The notes: a model not told the origin generated them from the sequence alone. DNA of 63,355 bases, filler included, from Octopus bimaculoides (GCF_001194135.2; 4 parts of 4 records of this genome joined end to end with filler, not necessarily neighbours in it); one strand, 5' to 3'. Counted from the first letter of the whole stretch, positions 14,212 to 27,613 are shown. A program made the numbers and translations.

Positions 14212-15477
14212 CAAGGGTGGGCTGAATAGTTCATAGGCTGGCTATGACCAAGCAATGCTAGAACTGTGAAATCTTGCATGCATTAATTTCAGCTCCTCTT
14301 CTTAATAACTGCATTGTTACTTTTCAGGTAAACTGACACCTGACTGTTTAAAAATGGCTTCAAATCTAGCTGCTAGCGACTTCTTTTGAAAATCTGGTAT
14401 CAGCAGAAAAAAGTGCTTTGCCCCCAAGGACATTTATGCTCACAAGCTTGCTACTCTAGGAAATGATGCTCCAGCTTTATCAACAGTGCAAAAGTGGGTA
14501 GCTGAATTTAAGAGGGGAAGAGAGACTTGAATATGACCCAAGGTCTGGATTCTGAACTTCCTGCAACTGCCGTCACTGAGGAAAACATTGATCATGTTCA
14601 CCACATGGTGATAGATGACAGGCGATTGACAATAAATCAAATAGCCAATGCTATTAGCATGTCCTGTCAGAGAGTTGAGAATATTCTGCACGATGAACAT
14701 GGCATGTTGAAGGTTTCTGCTCAGTGGGTGCTACGTCTTCTGACACCTGATCAAAAGCACATCAAGATGATCAGGTCACAGAAAAATCTGACATTGTTTG
14801 AGACAGATCCAGCTGGTTTCCATGAACATTGTCTAACCCAAGATGTGTGTTGAGTTCATCACTTTGAACCAGAGACAAAGAGACAATCCATGCAGTGGAA
14901 AACACTCTTCTCACTAGCTCCAAAGTTGGCTAAGGTGGTTTCATCTGTAGAGAAGGTGATGGACTCAGATTTTTCGTATGCAAAAGGCATTGTGGTTATT
15001 GACTATCTTGAAAAGGACCACGCAATCTATGAAAGTACAATGCCAACTTTCTGAAACAGTTATGAAAGGCTATCAAGACCAAGCATTCAGGAAAACTGAA
15101 GAAAAGGGTCATGTTTCATCAGGACAATGCACCAGCACACAAGCTTTTGCTTTCAATGGCTGTTGTGCATGACTGTGGCTTTGAACTGGTTGATTGGCCT
15201 TCTTATTTTCCTGATTTGGCCCTCATCTCATTATCATCTGTTCCCCAACATGAAAGCACTTGGATGAGGACCAGTATTGCAGTGATGATAACATGTCTGC
15301 TGTTGGTGATGTTTCTGAGCAACAGGATGAAAGCTTCTTCACCAATAGAGTCCATGCATTGCAACACCGATGGAAGTGTGCATACCACAAGGGGGACCAT
15401 GTTGAAAAATAAACCTCATCTGGTCACATTTCATGAAAATATCTTGGTCAGCCTATGAACTTTTGAGCTACCCCTCA
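14212..15477 (+). mobile_element. Near full-length mariner (DD34D) transposon, inactive
   Basis: Both TIRs are present (caagggtgggctgaatagttcataggctg / gtcagcctatgaacttttgagctacccctca-TA). Motifs WVLRLL, FHQDNAPAH and WPSYFPDLA; stops and frameshifts. Confidence 0.95.
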
Positions 15478-16249
15478 TACATCAAATTTCTATAATTTCT
15501 CACATCTTGTAAATCTGAATCGTCACAGTTGACTTTCATCTTGTTGGTCTGTGAAAATGAAAAGGAAAACTGCCCAGCAGGATTAGAACTCAGAGTACAA
15601 AAAGACACAAATTGCCATGTGTCTTTTATCCATTTTGTAGTCTAAGTTCTGTGCCTAAAATTGAACCAGTCATGTGTTGGGTTTGGTTAATTCGATAAGA
15701 TCCAAAGTATCTCCCTTATCATCATTGCATAAACAGTTAAAATAATAGATTACACTTTCTCTCAATTTTTAAAAATTTCTTTCATTCTTTGAACAAGGAT
15801 TTTAGTTAATCATGTTGATCCTTATTTTTGTTTAAAAAACTAGTACTTACTTTAGGGATTTGTAGTTATTCCACAGCCAAGTTGCAGGACATAAAAACAG
15901 AGACAAATGCACTTATACTTGTAAAGCATTAGTTAGCCCAAGAATAAAGTAGAATAAACATACACCCAGGTGCCATATAGTGGGGTTGAACTTGAGACCA
16001 AATAGTTGTAAAGCAAAGTTCTTTAACACACAGGCATGCCTATAGTTTCAATATGTTGCCAAACTGAATGATTTACAATGTCATGTTTCATTCTCTCCAT
16101 TGTAAGTTCGAAATTTGCAAGTGTCTGTTATATTTCACCTTCTTCAATTGATTGCTGAAATAAGTACCAGGCTTGTATTGAGCTTCATTCAAGTAACTCC
16201 AATCTTCAAGAAATATATGGCTTTGGGTCAATTTATCTTTCGTTTATCT

Positions 16250-16650
16250 TTTACGTGTTTCAGCCATTGGAGTGTGACCATGCTGGAGCATCATCTTGAA
16301 AGGTTTAGTCAAACAAGTCAGCCCAGTACATATTTTTAAGCTTGCTACTTACTCTATTAATCTTTTTTGCCAAACTGCTAAGTTATGGGGATGTCAAAAA
16401 AGCCCTGGTTGTCAAGCAGTTGTGGAGGACAAACACAAAAACAAAGATACAAACACACATAAAAATCTATTGATAAATATCTATGACAGGCTTCTTTCAG
16501 TTTCTGTCCACCAAATTCACTCACAAGGCATTTATTTACCCATAGCTATAGTAGAAGAAACTTGCCCAAGGTGCTATACAGTAGGTCTGAGCCACAAACT
16601 ATGTGGTTGAGAAGTAAATTTCTTACCATACAACCATGCTTGTGCCATTG
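16250..16650 (-). mobile_element. tRNA-derived SINE, family B (head gtgtggtaagtagcttgct...gggttcagtccc)
   Basis: Reverse-complement homolog of 36771-37110. Further copies at about 27030-27160, 30650-30780, 34030-34200, 38265-38410, 44920-45220, 45735-45850 and 47415-47730. Confidence 0.85.
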
Positions 16651-16684
16651 TTGAAAATTTGTTTCGACTTCTCCTTTTCCACCT

Positions 16685-16749
<65 letters not shown>

Positions 16750-17259
16750 AGTTCATCATTATTGTTTTTGCAATTACAAAAATTCAAAAGCTTGTTGAAA
16801 ATTTGTCATGTTTTAAAAAATTGCACATTCAGTAAGAGACTGAATCAAAATAACAAATCTGAAAGGAACCAATGAAATCTTTGGCTTTTAGATTGACATT
16901 ACAGAAATCCTGAAATTTGTGTGGTAACAATGAATTTAATTTATCCGTGTTTACCATGTAACATGGCAGAACAAAGAGTGAAGAATAGCTGACATCGCAC
17001 TAACGTAAATTAAAAATTTATTTACTATTCTTATCAGACGAGTAGAACTTAATCAGAAATTTAATTAATTGGCAATATCTATTGGGAAGAAATCTCACAA
17101 TATAATAGAACTTTCCTCCCTAAAACCAATTGCTTAAAAGAGAGAGGGGACGAGGCAGAGGGCAAGAGACAGAGAGAAAGAGATGAAGGGAAAGGGAGAT
17201 ATGTTACTGATTATTGGAGTAAAATTAGAAATTTTTTCAAACTTGAGCCAATGCCGTAT

Positions 17260-17320
<61 letters not shown>

Positions 17321-17405
17321 CCACCACCACCACCACCATTCCCCCCTCGTTGTCATCACTATTATCATCATCATTATCATCATCATCATCATCATCATCA
17401 TCATT

Positions 17406-17437
<32 letters not shown>

Positions 17438-17912
17438 TATCACTAGTAGTACCAATTCTGACAATAACTTATGATTGTTTGTCATGGAAATGGCTCTGGC
17501 AGCAGAGTGAATTATGGGTATTGCAACAGTTTGTTTGGCAATTCTTAGTTTCAGGTTCCAGCTTTAGTTGATCCTTTTCTGATTGTCTTCATTCTTCTAA
17601 AAATGATACTTAACATATTTAAAACACAACAGTAAAATATTTCACCACACTCATTCACTGATAACGAAATGTATAAATATAGATTGAGAAACTCACATCT
17701 TTAATAGTTGAATTCACCATATAAAACTGACAATTGTTTCTGTTGTATTAAGATGTTAAGATATAGAAAATTTCAGTGAAGTTAATGTATCCAAAAATAC
17801 ATGTTAACACTTTTTCAAGGCAATATAATGAACCAAATTCATTTAAAACTGACTGCTTTATTGAGATCTGCCTCGATTTTTTCCTTCTTATACACACACA
17901 CGTGCACGCACG

Positions 17913-17981
<69 letters not shown>

Positions 17982-18249
17982 GCACGCACACACACATACA
18001 CACACACGCACACACACGTATACACATCAGCCCACTCTACAGAGTGGTTGGTGTTAGGAAGGACATCCAGTCATAGAAACCATGCCAAACCAGACAGAAG
18101 CATGGTGCAGGTTCCTGCCTGGTCAGCTCCTGTCAAACCATCAAACCTGTGACAGCATAGATAGAGGACATTAAACAATGATGAGGATGATGCTGAATGA
18201 TGATGTATGTATGTATGTATGTTTATATATACACACATTAAATTAGAGT

Positions 18250-20110
18250 AGCCCTCTGGTCAGATGCCCAAAAGGTAATTGGATAATTTAAGCTTCAAGA
18301 AATGAACAAAAACAGTAAATTCTTGCAATTAGATGTAGAGAGTTATTACACCACTGTTAACCTGGTCATCCTAAATAAAACCCTGATTGATAGTATGAAA
18401 AACTCGGATATATCCCAACATGAAATAGATATAATACTTGCTGCATGTACCACGTTAATAGATTTTGATGGTAGATTGTAGAATAGATAACACAGAGAGA
18501 ATGCTTTCAATATAGCGATGGGATCATCTGACTCTGCACAAGTCACAGACTTGGATGGAATATATATCCTTTGGTTAATCCAGTCTTCTTTTCCAGAAAT
18601 CACAGGAGATTTATATAGGGATGACACTCTATTCTTCCTGGGCATAAGTATTAAGGTACAACTAAAATGGCATAGGAAACGTTTCTTTAGACTTTTTAAG
18701 AATTTAGGACTCAACATTACTGTAGTAAAAGATTACTGTAGAGTAAATTTTCTTGACACTACCTTCTGTCTTGAAACAGGATTATTTGAACACTTTCATA
18801 AACCAAAATGGTAATATTAAGTATATAAATGTAGTATCAAACCATCCACCCTCAATAATACGGGGATTAGTTAAGAATATTTCAATAAGAATATTTAGGC
18901 TATCTGCTACTAATGAAATTTTTGAATCACATGCACCATATTACAATACTGTTTTAGCTAGCGTTGGCTATTAACAGGAAATTCAATACATATGAGACAC
19001 AGGTATATATAACTCTGCCAATTCCTCCAACAATAGTACACATTGCATGCCAGCACAACGTTACAGTAAGCAAACTGACTCAGATTGATAATATAGGCCA
19101 AGAAGAATTAATCAAGGCAATAAACTACAAACCAAAACTCATAGACACACACAACACAGTAATTCTACTGCACATAGCACAATAAATTGTCCCAACCCTG
19201 TACAACACACCTGAACAAACAAACCAAACAACAATTATAAGAATCATGATGTCCTCTGGTATAACTCAGGCTTTGGTTCATATGTTTCAACATAGATCAC
19301 TAGAGAAATTTTTCCCACTTTAGACAAATGTTTCCTAAAATCAAACAGATACCATGTTATTTTTAATAGACACACAGTTAAGATACCATGCACTAACTGT
19401 ATTGATTTAGAGCAGTATATGCACCGCATTAATAATAATAAAATGAAACAACAGTTCAATAACCCACTGACTGGAACTATAGCTTATGACATGCAAACTA
19501 CTTTTGGCTCGATAAATAGAAAAGGCAGCAAATATATACATCAAAATACCAACAAAGGAGAGGTAAGCCACAATGAAAAGCACCAGATATGACCAAATCA
19601 TGATAGTAGAAAAGATTGTGATATAGCTAACACTGTAAAAACATTGGAAAATGGAGTCAGAACTGTCATATATACAAATAAATATAATAAATGTTCATGC
19701 AGAGAAAAATCATTGATGGACTTCGGTATGAGTACAAATCCTGAATATAAATGTATTGCACGCACAAGGAGAAGACTGTAAATTCATATTGGGGCAATGG
19801 CTGATTCATTCAAGAATCGTTAATGCAACTATGTTGCCAGCTTCCAGAAAATTAACAAGAGATATTCAACATCTTTGGCTGATTGTCTGTGACAACTTAT
19901 GGAAGATAAAATTAATTTGATTAAACAATATGGCCCATAGAAAGGCATGCAAACCCATAAATAATATCATTTCCTGGAGATACCAACTCTGCACTGAGGA
20001 ATCCCTGTCTATTCCATGGGCCAATGAGAATATCATTGATAGAATTTCTGAAAGACTCCCAAGATGCTTACATGCATATAAATGCACTTTCACACAATGC
20101 AATGGGAATG
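18250..20110 (+). mobile_element. Penelope-like retroelement (RT + C-terminal GIY-YIG endonuclease), 5'-truncated and decayed
   Basis: RT motifs FLQLDVESYY, FNIAMGSSDSAQV, DLYRDD, VNFLD and YINVVSNHPPSII; linker IFNRHTVKI; EN region IHIG...FKNR..NY..SF...YSTSL and YQLCTEESLSI. TAG/TAA stops and frameshifts. Confidence 0.88.
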
Positions 20111-20789
20111 AATCTGAGTAACCATTAACCTAATTAATAATCATAATTCTCCTTCAGGTATAGACGAACTAAATTCAGTTCTAACCTTCACATGCTTATA
20201 AACACCAAGTAGCTATTTAATTCGATATGTGAACATGTGTGTGCCAAACCACATGTACACATAAGCTTATATCTTCGTGGATGTTTGTATGGATGAGTAC
20301 ATGTGCCATACAACCTACACAAGGGCATTTATACATCCATATCCATTAACGGCTATATTTGATACATTTTTTCACTGTATTATATATTTGTTTCTAGTTT
20401 GCAACTGTTATTTTTTATTATTCATCTTCGATATAAATGAAACTATATCCTTTAAATTGCTGCTTTTCTTTACATGAACCGAAAAGACACATTGTGGAAC
20501 AGTCATTATTTTAACGAGTAATATCTAATTATCACCCAAAAAGACACATCTACACTGAAAGATGCTCTTTAACCAGTTGTTAAGTATCCCACCCATGAGG
20601 GATTGATGCCTGATGGGTTGAAACAATTGTAGGAATTAATAAAAATTCTTGTTATCTTCCATCTTACGTCTCTTTCATTAAACCAAATATATATGTATGT
20701 ATAGTTCTATATTTAAGAGATGATGAATTATGTACATTATTTACATCATTTACATTTGACGGATATTTGTCCTCATCTTGTTTGTTGTT

Positions 20790-20835
20790 AACACAACGTT
20801 TCGGCTGATATACCCTCCAGCCTTCATCAGGTGTC
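20790..20835 (-). ncRNA. Minimal type I hammerhead ribozyme (intact core)
   Basis: Minus strand reads GACAC CUGAUGA A GGCUG[GAGGGUAUAU]CAGCC GAAAC GUU GUGUU: 5-bp stem I, 5-bp stem II, palindromic AACGUU stem III, GUU cleavage triplet. Confidence 0.7.
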
Positions 20836-20895
20836 TTGGGGACATTTTGAACCTGGGTTCTCATTTCTAAGGTATTTTTCAATGTTATTATTATA

Positions 20896-20959
20896 TGGTG
20901 TCATGGTTAAGAGCGCAGGTTACTAATCCCAAGATTCCGAGTTCGATTCCAGGTAGTGA

Positions 20960-21018
<59 letters not shown>

Positions 21019-21159
21019 TCGAAAAATACCTTAGGAATGAAAACCCAGGTTCGAAATTTCCTCAAGATACCTGATGAAGGCTAGAGGGTATATCAGCTGA
21101 AACGCCGTGTTAACAACAAATAAGACGAGGACAAATATCCGTCAAATGTAAATAATGTA
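20896..21159 (+). mobile_element. tRNA-headed SINE with (AAT)n linker and hammerhead-type 3' tail
   Basis: A-box-like tggtgtcatggtt, B-box gagttcgattcc (20939-20950), (AAT)n at 20964-21016, tail containing CTGATGA-A-stem II-GAAAC (21071-21103). Confidence 0.75.
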
Positions 21160-21497
21160 TATATGTATGTATGTATGGATGGATGGATGTATATAAATAT
21201 ATATATATGTGTGGATGGATAGATGTTTGCTTCATATATATATATTTTGTGTAAAAGTGTATTTATTAAAACATAGGTTTGTTTATATATTCATATATGA
21301 GTGTACTTGTGAATAAGTATGGGAGCATATTTGTGTAGATGTACTTTTTATTTTAAAAAAAATATAAGTAAACATTTAGATGTTTGTGTATGTGTAAATA
21401 TAAATGTGTGTATATGATTGTGTATACAAGTTTATGTGAGTGTGTATGTCCACATGTGTATGTATGTGTATATATATAAAGGTGTGTGTCTGTGTAT

Positions 21498-21549
<52 letters not shown>

Positions 21550-21683
21550 AAGTATATGTGTGTGTATGTGTATGTATATATATATGTATATGTATATGTA
21601 TATGTATGTGTGTATGTGTATGTATATATATGTATATATATTTATATATATATGTATATATGTATATATATGTGTGTATATCA

Positions 21684-22058
21684 TTGCTAGAACTATCCAA
21701 CATGCTGTTCATGGAACAAGTGATACTCCAACCAACCAGGGGAAGCAATATTTTAGATCTCTGCTTCACAAACAATGTGAGCCTAATCCATAATGTGAAA
21801 ATAACGCCCACGTCTCTCTCAGATCATAACATTATAGAATTAACTATGTATGATCCTAGACAACCCACTGACACCCACCCCACCAGGAGGACTCAAGCAA
21901 TATCCAACCTGAATTTCCACAGGGCGGACTGGAAGTCAATTCGCAGAGAGATTCAAAATCAAAACTGGCAAGACAGCCTTTCTATACAAGACAATGACCT
22001 CAAACTAAGTCATTTTATGTCAACCATACAAGACATATGCACCAAATACGTGCCATAT
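21684..22058 (+). mobile_element. LINE (CR1/L2/Jockey-type) APE-endonuclease C-terminus and linker, cut by a gap
   Basis: Open frame with [16 protein letters not shown]...SLSDHNIIE...LNFHRADW. Confidence 0.85.
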
Positions 22059-22158
22059 NNNNNNNNNNNNNNNNNNNNNNNNNNNNNNNNNNNNNNNNNN
22101 NNTTAATTAATTAANNNNNNNNNNNNNNNNNNNNNNNNNNNNNNNNNNNNNNNNNNNN

Positions 22159-22519
22159 CATAGAGGAGCTCCCAGGGGCAACCTGTCTTGAACTCCTCTG
22201 TGATTGCCTGGAGGACTATGATAAATAAGAGGGGGCTGAGGACGGAACCTTGGTGGACCCCTATCTCTACCCGGAATTCATTGCTGTACTCATTTCCAAC
22301 CCTCACCTTACTGGCAGCATCTCTGTACATGGCTCGCACAGCTCTCACTAACCATTCTTCTATCCCAAGTTTCCTCATTGACCACCAGATAAGGGATCGG
22401 GGGACCCTTTCAAAGGCTTTCTCCATGTCAACGAAAGCCAGGTACAGAGGTTTATCCTTAGCTAGGTATTTCTCCTGCAACTGTCTCACTAGAAATAAGG
22501 CATCAGTAGTGCTGATCAT
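22159..22519 (-). mobile_element. RTE-clade LINE reverse-transcriptase fragment
   Basis: STTDALFLVRQLQEKY...AFVDMEKAFERVPR...GVHQGSVLSPLLF...WELLY(ADD), open until the gap. Confidence 0.92.
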
Positions 22520-22822
22520 GCATTATCTCATACATGTAAGATTTTGGTGATGTGTTAACTTTTATAATAACATTGTAGGATTAGTGTGAAAGGTTAGATC
22601 TTGCCAATTTCAACATAAAACAAGTAGAATATTTCGACTGGTTATGGCTGCTTTAAAACAAATCATTTGCTTCAGTTACTCAAGATAAGTCATAGCAACT
22701 TCTGTTTTAGTACTGGCAGTTTCATTAGTTATTATAATGCATCAAATAAGGCACTTTCAAACCAGACTTTACTATACCAGGAAAGGTTTTATATATAAGA
22801 TTACAATTTTCAATAATTCTGC

Positions 22823-22958
22823 AAGGGCATCCAGCTGTAGAAACTCTGCCAAATTAGATTGGAGCCTGGTGTAGCCATCCGGTTGCACCAATCCTCAGTC
22901 AAATCGTCCAACCCATGCTAGCATGGAAAGCGGACGTTAAACGATGATGATGATGATG
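22823..22958 (+). mobile_element. 3' end of an abundant non-LTR element with (GAT)n tail (probably an RTE 3' UTR)
   Basis: ...cccatgctagcatggaaagcggacgttaaacgatgatgat. Copies at about 18030-18200 (+), 24620-24723 (-), 36061-36350 (-), 42425-42890 (-), 49000-49480 (+) and 51204-51373 (-). The RTE assignment is inference. Confidence 0.75.
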
Positions 22959-24508
22959 TATTTATTAGCACTTTAAATCCGGTCTAATTATTGATCCATG
23001 CACTTAAGAACTGTTCCATATTACACTATCATATCAGATTTTTACAAGCAACACAGACTCTATGGTAAAGAGAATAGGTACTTGAGCATGTCACCTGATT
23101 TTGTCTTTGTTGTTAAATATTTGTTCTGTAGATTTTGTGAACTTTATGATTTTATAATATAGCAGAGATTTTCTCGTGCATCAAACCGTTGTAAAACATT
23201 AAGTTTGACTTCTGTTATCATATTTTTTCTGAAATACTCTTTTTGTTTCAATTAATTTTGAAAATAATGAAGATTTTCGATAAAATAACTTTTTATTATT
23301 AAGATGGTTTAATTTGAATATTAATGAGCATGAAATTTTGATGGAAGATTTTTATTTAGGTCACTTTAAAACAAGAAATTTGTATCAAAGAGCCAGATGT
23401 TGCCTCAGACAGGTTGGTTTCAGACTGCATGCATCGGTAGTTAAATTCATCACCATCAGAGGTAGACAAGAAATCCATGCCAAATAGTAAACTAGCGTAA
23501 TCCAAAGGAAATAGTGATGTAGTACATCACTATATTATTGGCAAAAAATAATGGTCTTATTATTTTGGATGCAAGACTGGAAACAAAAAAATGAAAGGTT
23601 AGGGGTGATGTTAAAGGATGGGAGCTTTATGATATTGACAATTGGAGACTGGACAGCTCCCCAGCTGGCCACCTCCTGTCAAACCATCCAACCCATGTTA
23701 GCATCATGATGATGTTGATGAAGAAAGTACTTTGTGGTTAAATTTAATAACAAAGCTCAGGGAGAGAACTCAAGGGCAATGGAAAAAACAAGGTCAGTTG
23801 AATTGGTGCCTGCAGAAATAAAGTGGGGGGGGGAGGAGCAGGTAGTTGTTAGTAAGGATGTTGAAAACAGCGAAGAATATAAAAGCCTAATTTTTAAGAT
23901 GAAAAAGCAAAAAATTTTTTTAATTAAACTGGTAGGCTTTAATAGAAGAAAGAAAAAGAAATAAGATGTCATTGAACATAAAGTATTTCACCAAGTCCAG
24001 GTAAGGTTGTTTATGAAAGACTAGCAGTCACCCATGCATATCAGCCTCCCTTCTCCATGCCACCAAATGTTATCTTTGGGAAAGGCAAAAACAAAGGTTG
24101 ATACAGCTTGGCACCAGTGACATTGCAACTCATTTCCACAGCTGAGTGAACTGGAGCAATGTGAAATAAAGTGTCTTGTTCAAGAACACAACACACAGCC
24201 TGGTCTGGGAGTCGAACTCACTACCTCATGACGCTAGCCAGGCAAGGAGAAATCTTAGCTTGCTTGGAAACAGGTGATGGTTGGTGACAGGAAAGGCACC
24301 CAGCTGTTGACAACCTAAGTCAATGAATTCCAGCTTACCCATGCAAGTATAGAAAAACAGTTACAACAATGATGATGATTATATATGTATATATATATGC
24401 ACTTGTTTGTGTGTGTATAAATATATATATATACATACATACACACACACACCAATGCATACATTATATGGGTATTGATTTTATGCATGTGAGAGTGGTT
24501 TGCACATA

Positions 24509-24829
24509 TGAGGGGGTGCTGAAAAGTTTCTGGTTTTTAGAGTATTCCAAAAGGCATGGTCGGAGGCTCGACCTTCTGAGTCCTTTACAGGGCTTAGAGA
24601 AACTGAGGGACCACAGCAATCATCATCATCATCGTCATTGTTTAACATCCATTTTCCATGCTGGCATGGGTTGGACTGTTTGACTGGGGACTAGCAAGCC
24701 AGGAGGCCGCACCAGGCTCCAATCTGAATAAGTATGTGAATCTGATAGGGGAATATGTTGAATAAAATCATAACTGAGCCTCCTGTATTTTCTTTTACCA
24801 GAAGCCAGGAACTTTTCAGCAGCCCCTTG
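24509..24829 (-). mobile_element. Mariner-type MITE (~220 bp) interrupted by a (GAT)n-tail fragment
   Basis: TIR gagggggtgctgaaaagtt / aacttttcagcagcccctt. Uninterrupted copies at 27167-27385 (+) and 43111-43328 (-). Confidence 0.85.
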
Positions 24830-25509
24830 TGTCAAGCATGCACATGCATAAAAATAATGTAGCCACTCAAAGACAATTGTTCTTGGAAAAGTGATCCATG
24901 TCCAATTAAAATTTTATCGAGGTAGCAGTTGATTTCTTTTGCTTGTATTTGGTCTGGATAATCCTTTACTATACTACTTCATCTTCATCATTATAACTTG
25001 CAAGTTTTAATGTGACAAGCGAGGAAGAAACTAGGAAGATCATTAAATGTTTCACATCTAGACCTTTGATAGTTTTTTACTTTGACCAGACATCGATATA
25101 ATTTGTGTGTGTGAGTGCATGCTCTCTCTCTCACACACACACACACATATTTATGTATATATATTTATATATTGTGATCCAAATACTGAAGTCCATTTAA
25201 TGCATCTTTGAATTCAGTACATAGGCACGCACAAGCATATATACATCTACACACACACACTCTCTCTTGAGGCGGCGAGCTGGCAGAAACGTTAGCATGC
25301 CGGGCGAAATGCTATAGGTATTTCGTTTGCCGCTACGTTCTGAGTTCAAATTCCGCCAAGGTCAGCTTTGCCTTTCATCCTTTCGGGGTCGATTAAATAA
25401 GTACCAGTTACGCACTGGGGTCGATATAATTGACTTAATCTGTTTGTCTGTCCTTGTTTGTCTCCTCTGTGTGTAGCCCCTTGTGGGTAGTAAAGAACTA
25501 ACACACACA

Positions 25510-25542
<33 letters not shown>

Positions 25543-26413
25543 TCTCATAATCTTTTTTCTCTTTAGAACAGGAAAACAGTAATCAAATCTGAATGTTTTC
25601 CACTTTTAAAACATGATAATATTCTTATAGGTATTATATATGTTGTATGTGTATGTATGATTTTATGTGTGTTTGTAACTGTGTGTGTTCTGAAACTAAA
25701 AACTCACAGATATTGGTCCTTCATCTTTGCCCTACACTGAAAGAAACCAGATACAAAATAAAGGCTGGTGGGGAATGTTGTGGACTAAACTGTTCACTTC
25801 TGACTATCAATAATTACTTTCCATATATTCTCTAAATAGGATGTTGTTGTACTCCAGGAAGACTTCCCTGCTTGTATTAATATATATTACTCAGAAATTT
25901 TTTTCAGGTTGACAAACTGCCTGCCTCCCACACTTAATAAACTAAGCTAATATTATTTCCCTGAAGCATAACCATTACACTGAAATTCATCAATTGGTTT
26001 TCCTTTCTGTTATTAATATTTTTTTTCTTCTTTTTGTGACTAATATCTTAATTCATTTTAAAGCCCTCGTGGTAATTTTCTATATATCTTATTTTAATTA
26101 ATTACAAAAGGATAAGGTTAGGAATTTTAACGAATGACTTCCTTTGAAAAGTTAGTGTAATAAATTCCTTTTCTGTGCATTTGTTTCATCTTCCTCCTCG
26201 CTTCTGTTTTTCCTTATTGCATTTCTTTGAGCAATTCCTGAATTGTAACACTGTTAAGTTGATGATAATCTCTGGTCTCTTTTTTTTATGCATTACTTAA
26301 TACAGACATAAATTGCTACGATTCCTGAAGAATCATGCTCTGCTGATATTGGTTTTTGAAGAATTAAGAGAATGAGAGAAAAATGTTCCCTTGAAAATAA
26401 GCTAGTATATTAA

Positions 26414-26628
26414 TCCTTTTTTGTATGTATGTTGAAATATATCGTCTTTGTTTCAATTAATTTTGAAAATAATAAAGAATTTATTAAGCTAACTTTCATT
26501 ATTAAGTTAATGTTTCAAACATAATTTAAGATGAAAATTTGGTGTAAGGTTTCAATTTAGATCACTTCAAAATGTGATTTGTGACATAAAATGAAGATCA
26601 GTTTCAGGGCAGGTTGATATCAAAAGGG
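26414..26628 (+). mobile_element. piggyBac-type MITE with TTAA flanks (second MITE family)
   Basis: TTAA-tcctttt...caaaaggg-TTAA. The same internal sequence (gtttcaattaattttgaaaataat) occurs at about 23220-23430, 33560-33690, 44320-44523, and inverted near 46130-46290 and 48841-48985. Confidence 0.75.
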
Positions 26629-27613
26629 TTAATCTGCTAAATGAAACTCTTCCATACAATCTATTACCTCTTCATCACAGCCAAATTAATTGAGCCATAG
26701 AGTTAATTAAATGACCTCATTGGAAATGCCTGATGTAAATTTGAACTCCCCACGACCTTTCTGTCAACTAAATACTACACTCATTTGGCCTGTTCAGATG
26801 TATATAATGTTGTAAGTACATACTAATTAATCACACTGGTGTTAAGTTGCCTTCCATTTAACAGGAGCTGGTAAAATAAGCTCCAAATGATAAGACTGGA
26901 ATTGGTTGTTATTTCTATCAAAACTGACATTGTCAAATCAGAGAGGAACAAACTAAGTCAGTTTACTGATATTTTTTCTTTTGGAGATATAGTGCTGCAT
27001 TTAATGATATATATATTGTGTGTGTAACCATGTGGTCTTGGGTTTAGTCCCACAGCATGGCACCTTGGGTAAGAGTCTCCCACCATAGATAGCCCTGGGC
27101 CAATCAAGGCTTTTTGAGTGGATTTGGTAAAAGGAAACTGCATGAAGCCCATCATATGTATATATACAAGTGGGTGCTGGAAAGTTCCTGGTTTCAGGTA
27201 AAAGAAAATACAGGAGGATTAGTTAATTATGATTTTATACAACATATTACCCTCTCAGGTTCACACACACACATATTCCAGCAGTCGTACAACTTTTCTA
27301 AGCCCTGTAAAAGAACTCAGAAGGTTGGGCCTCTGACCAGGCCTTTCGCAATACTCTTAAAGCCAGGAACTTTTCAGTACCTCCATATATATATATATAT
27401 ATATATATAGATAGATCTGTTAATTCTCCAGAAGCTATAAATTACAGGACTCAATACAAATGCAGAGCATTCATTATAACCCAAGAAAACTGATTCAGCT
27501 CCAGAATTTTTTTTTTAATTAGCTCATATATATATATATATATATGAATGTTACCACTTGTGAATCGTTGGCGATTTTCTTCCTCCGTCTTTGCTTCCAT
27601 TGGACTTCCCTCT

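Noticed and set aside
20588-20626. Hammerhead-like string at the PLE 3' end (cccatga...gaaacaattgta)
   Set aside because: Core has two substitutions and stems I and II do not pair convincingly; at most a relic.
22103-22114. TTAATTAATTAA islands inside N runs (also 51418-51429 and 58446-58457)
   Set aside because: Identical 12-mers centred in gaps are scaffolding spacers, not biology. Adjacency across them, e.g. CR1-like EN next to RTE RT, is not evidence of a chimeric element.
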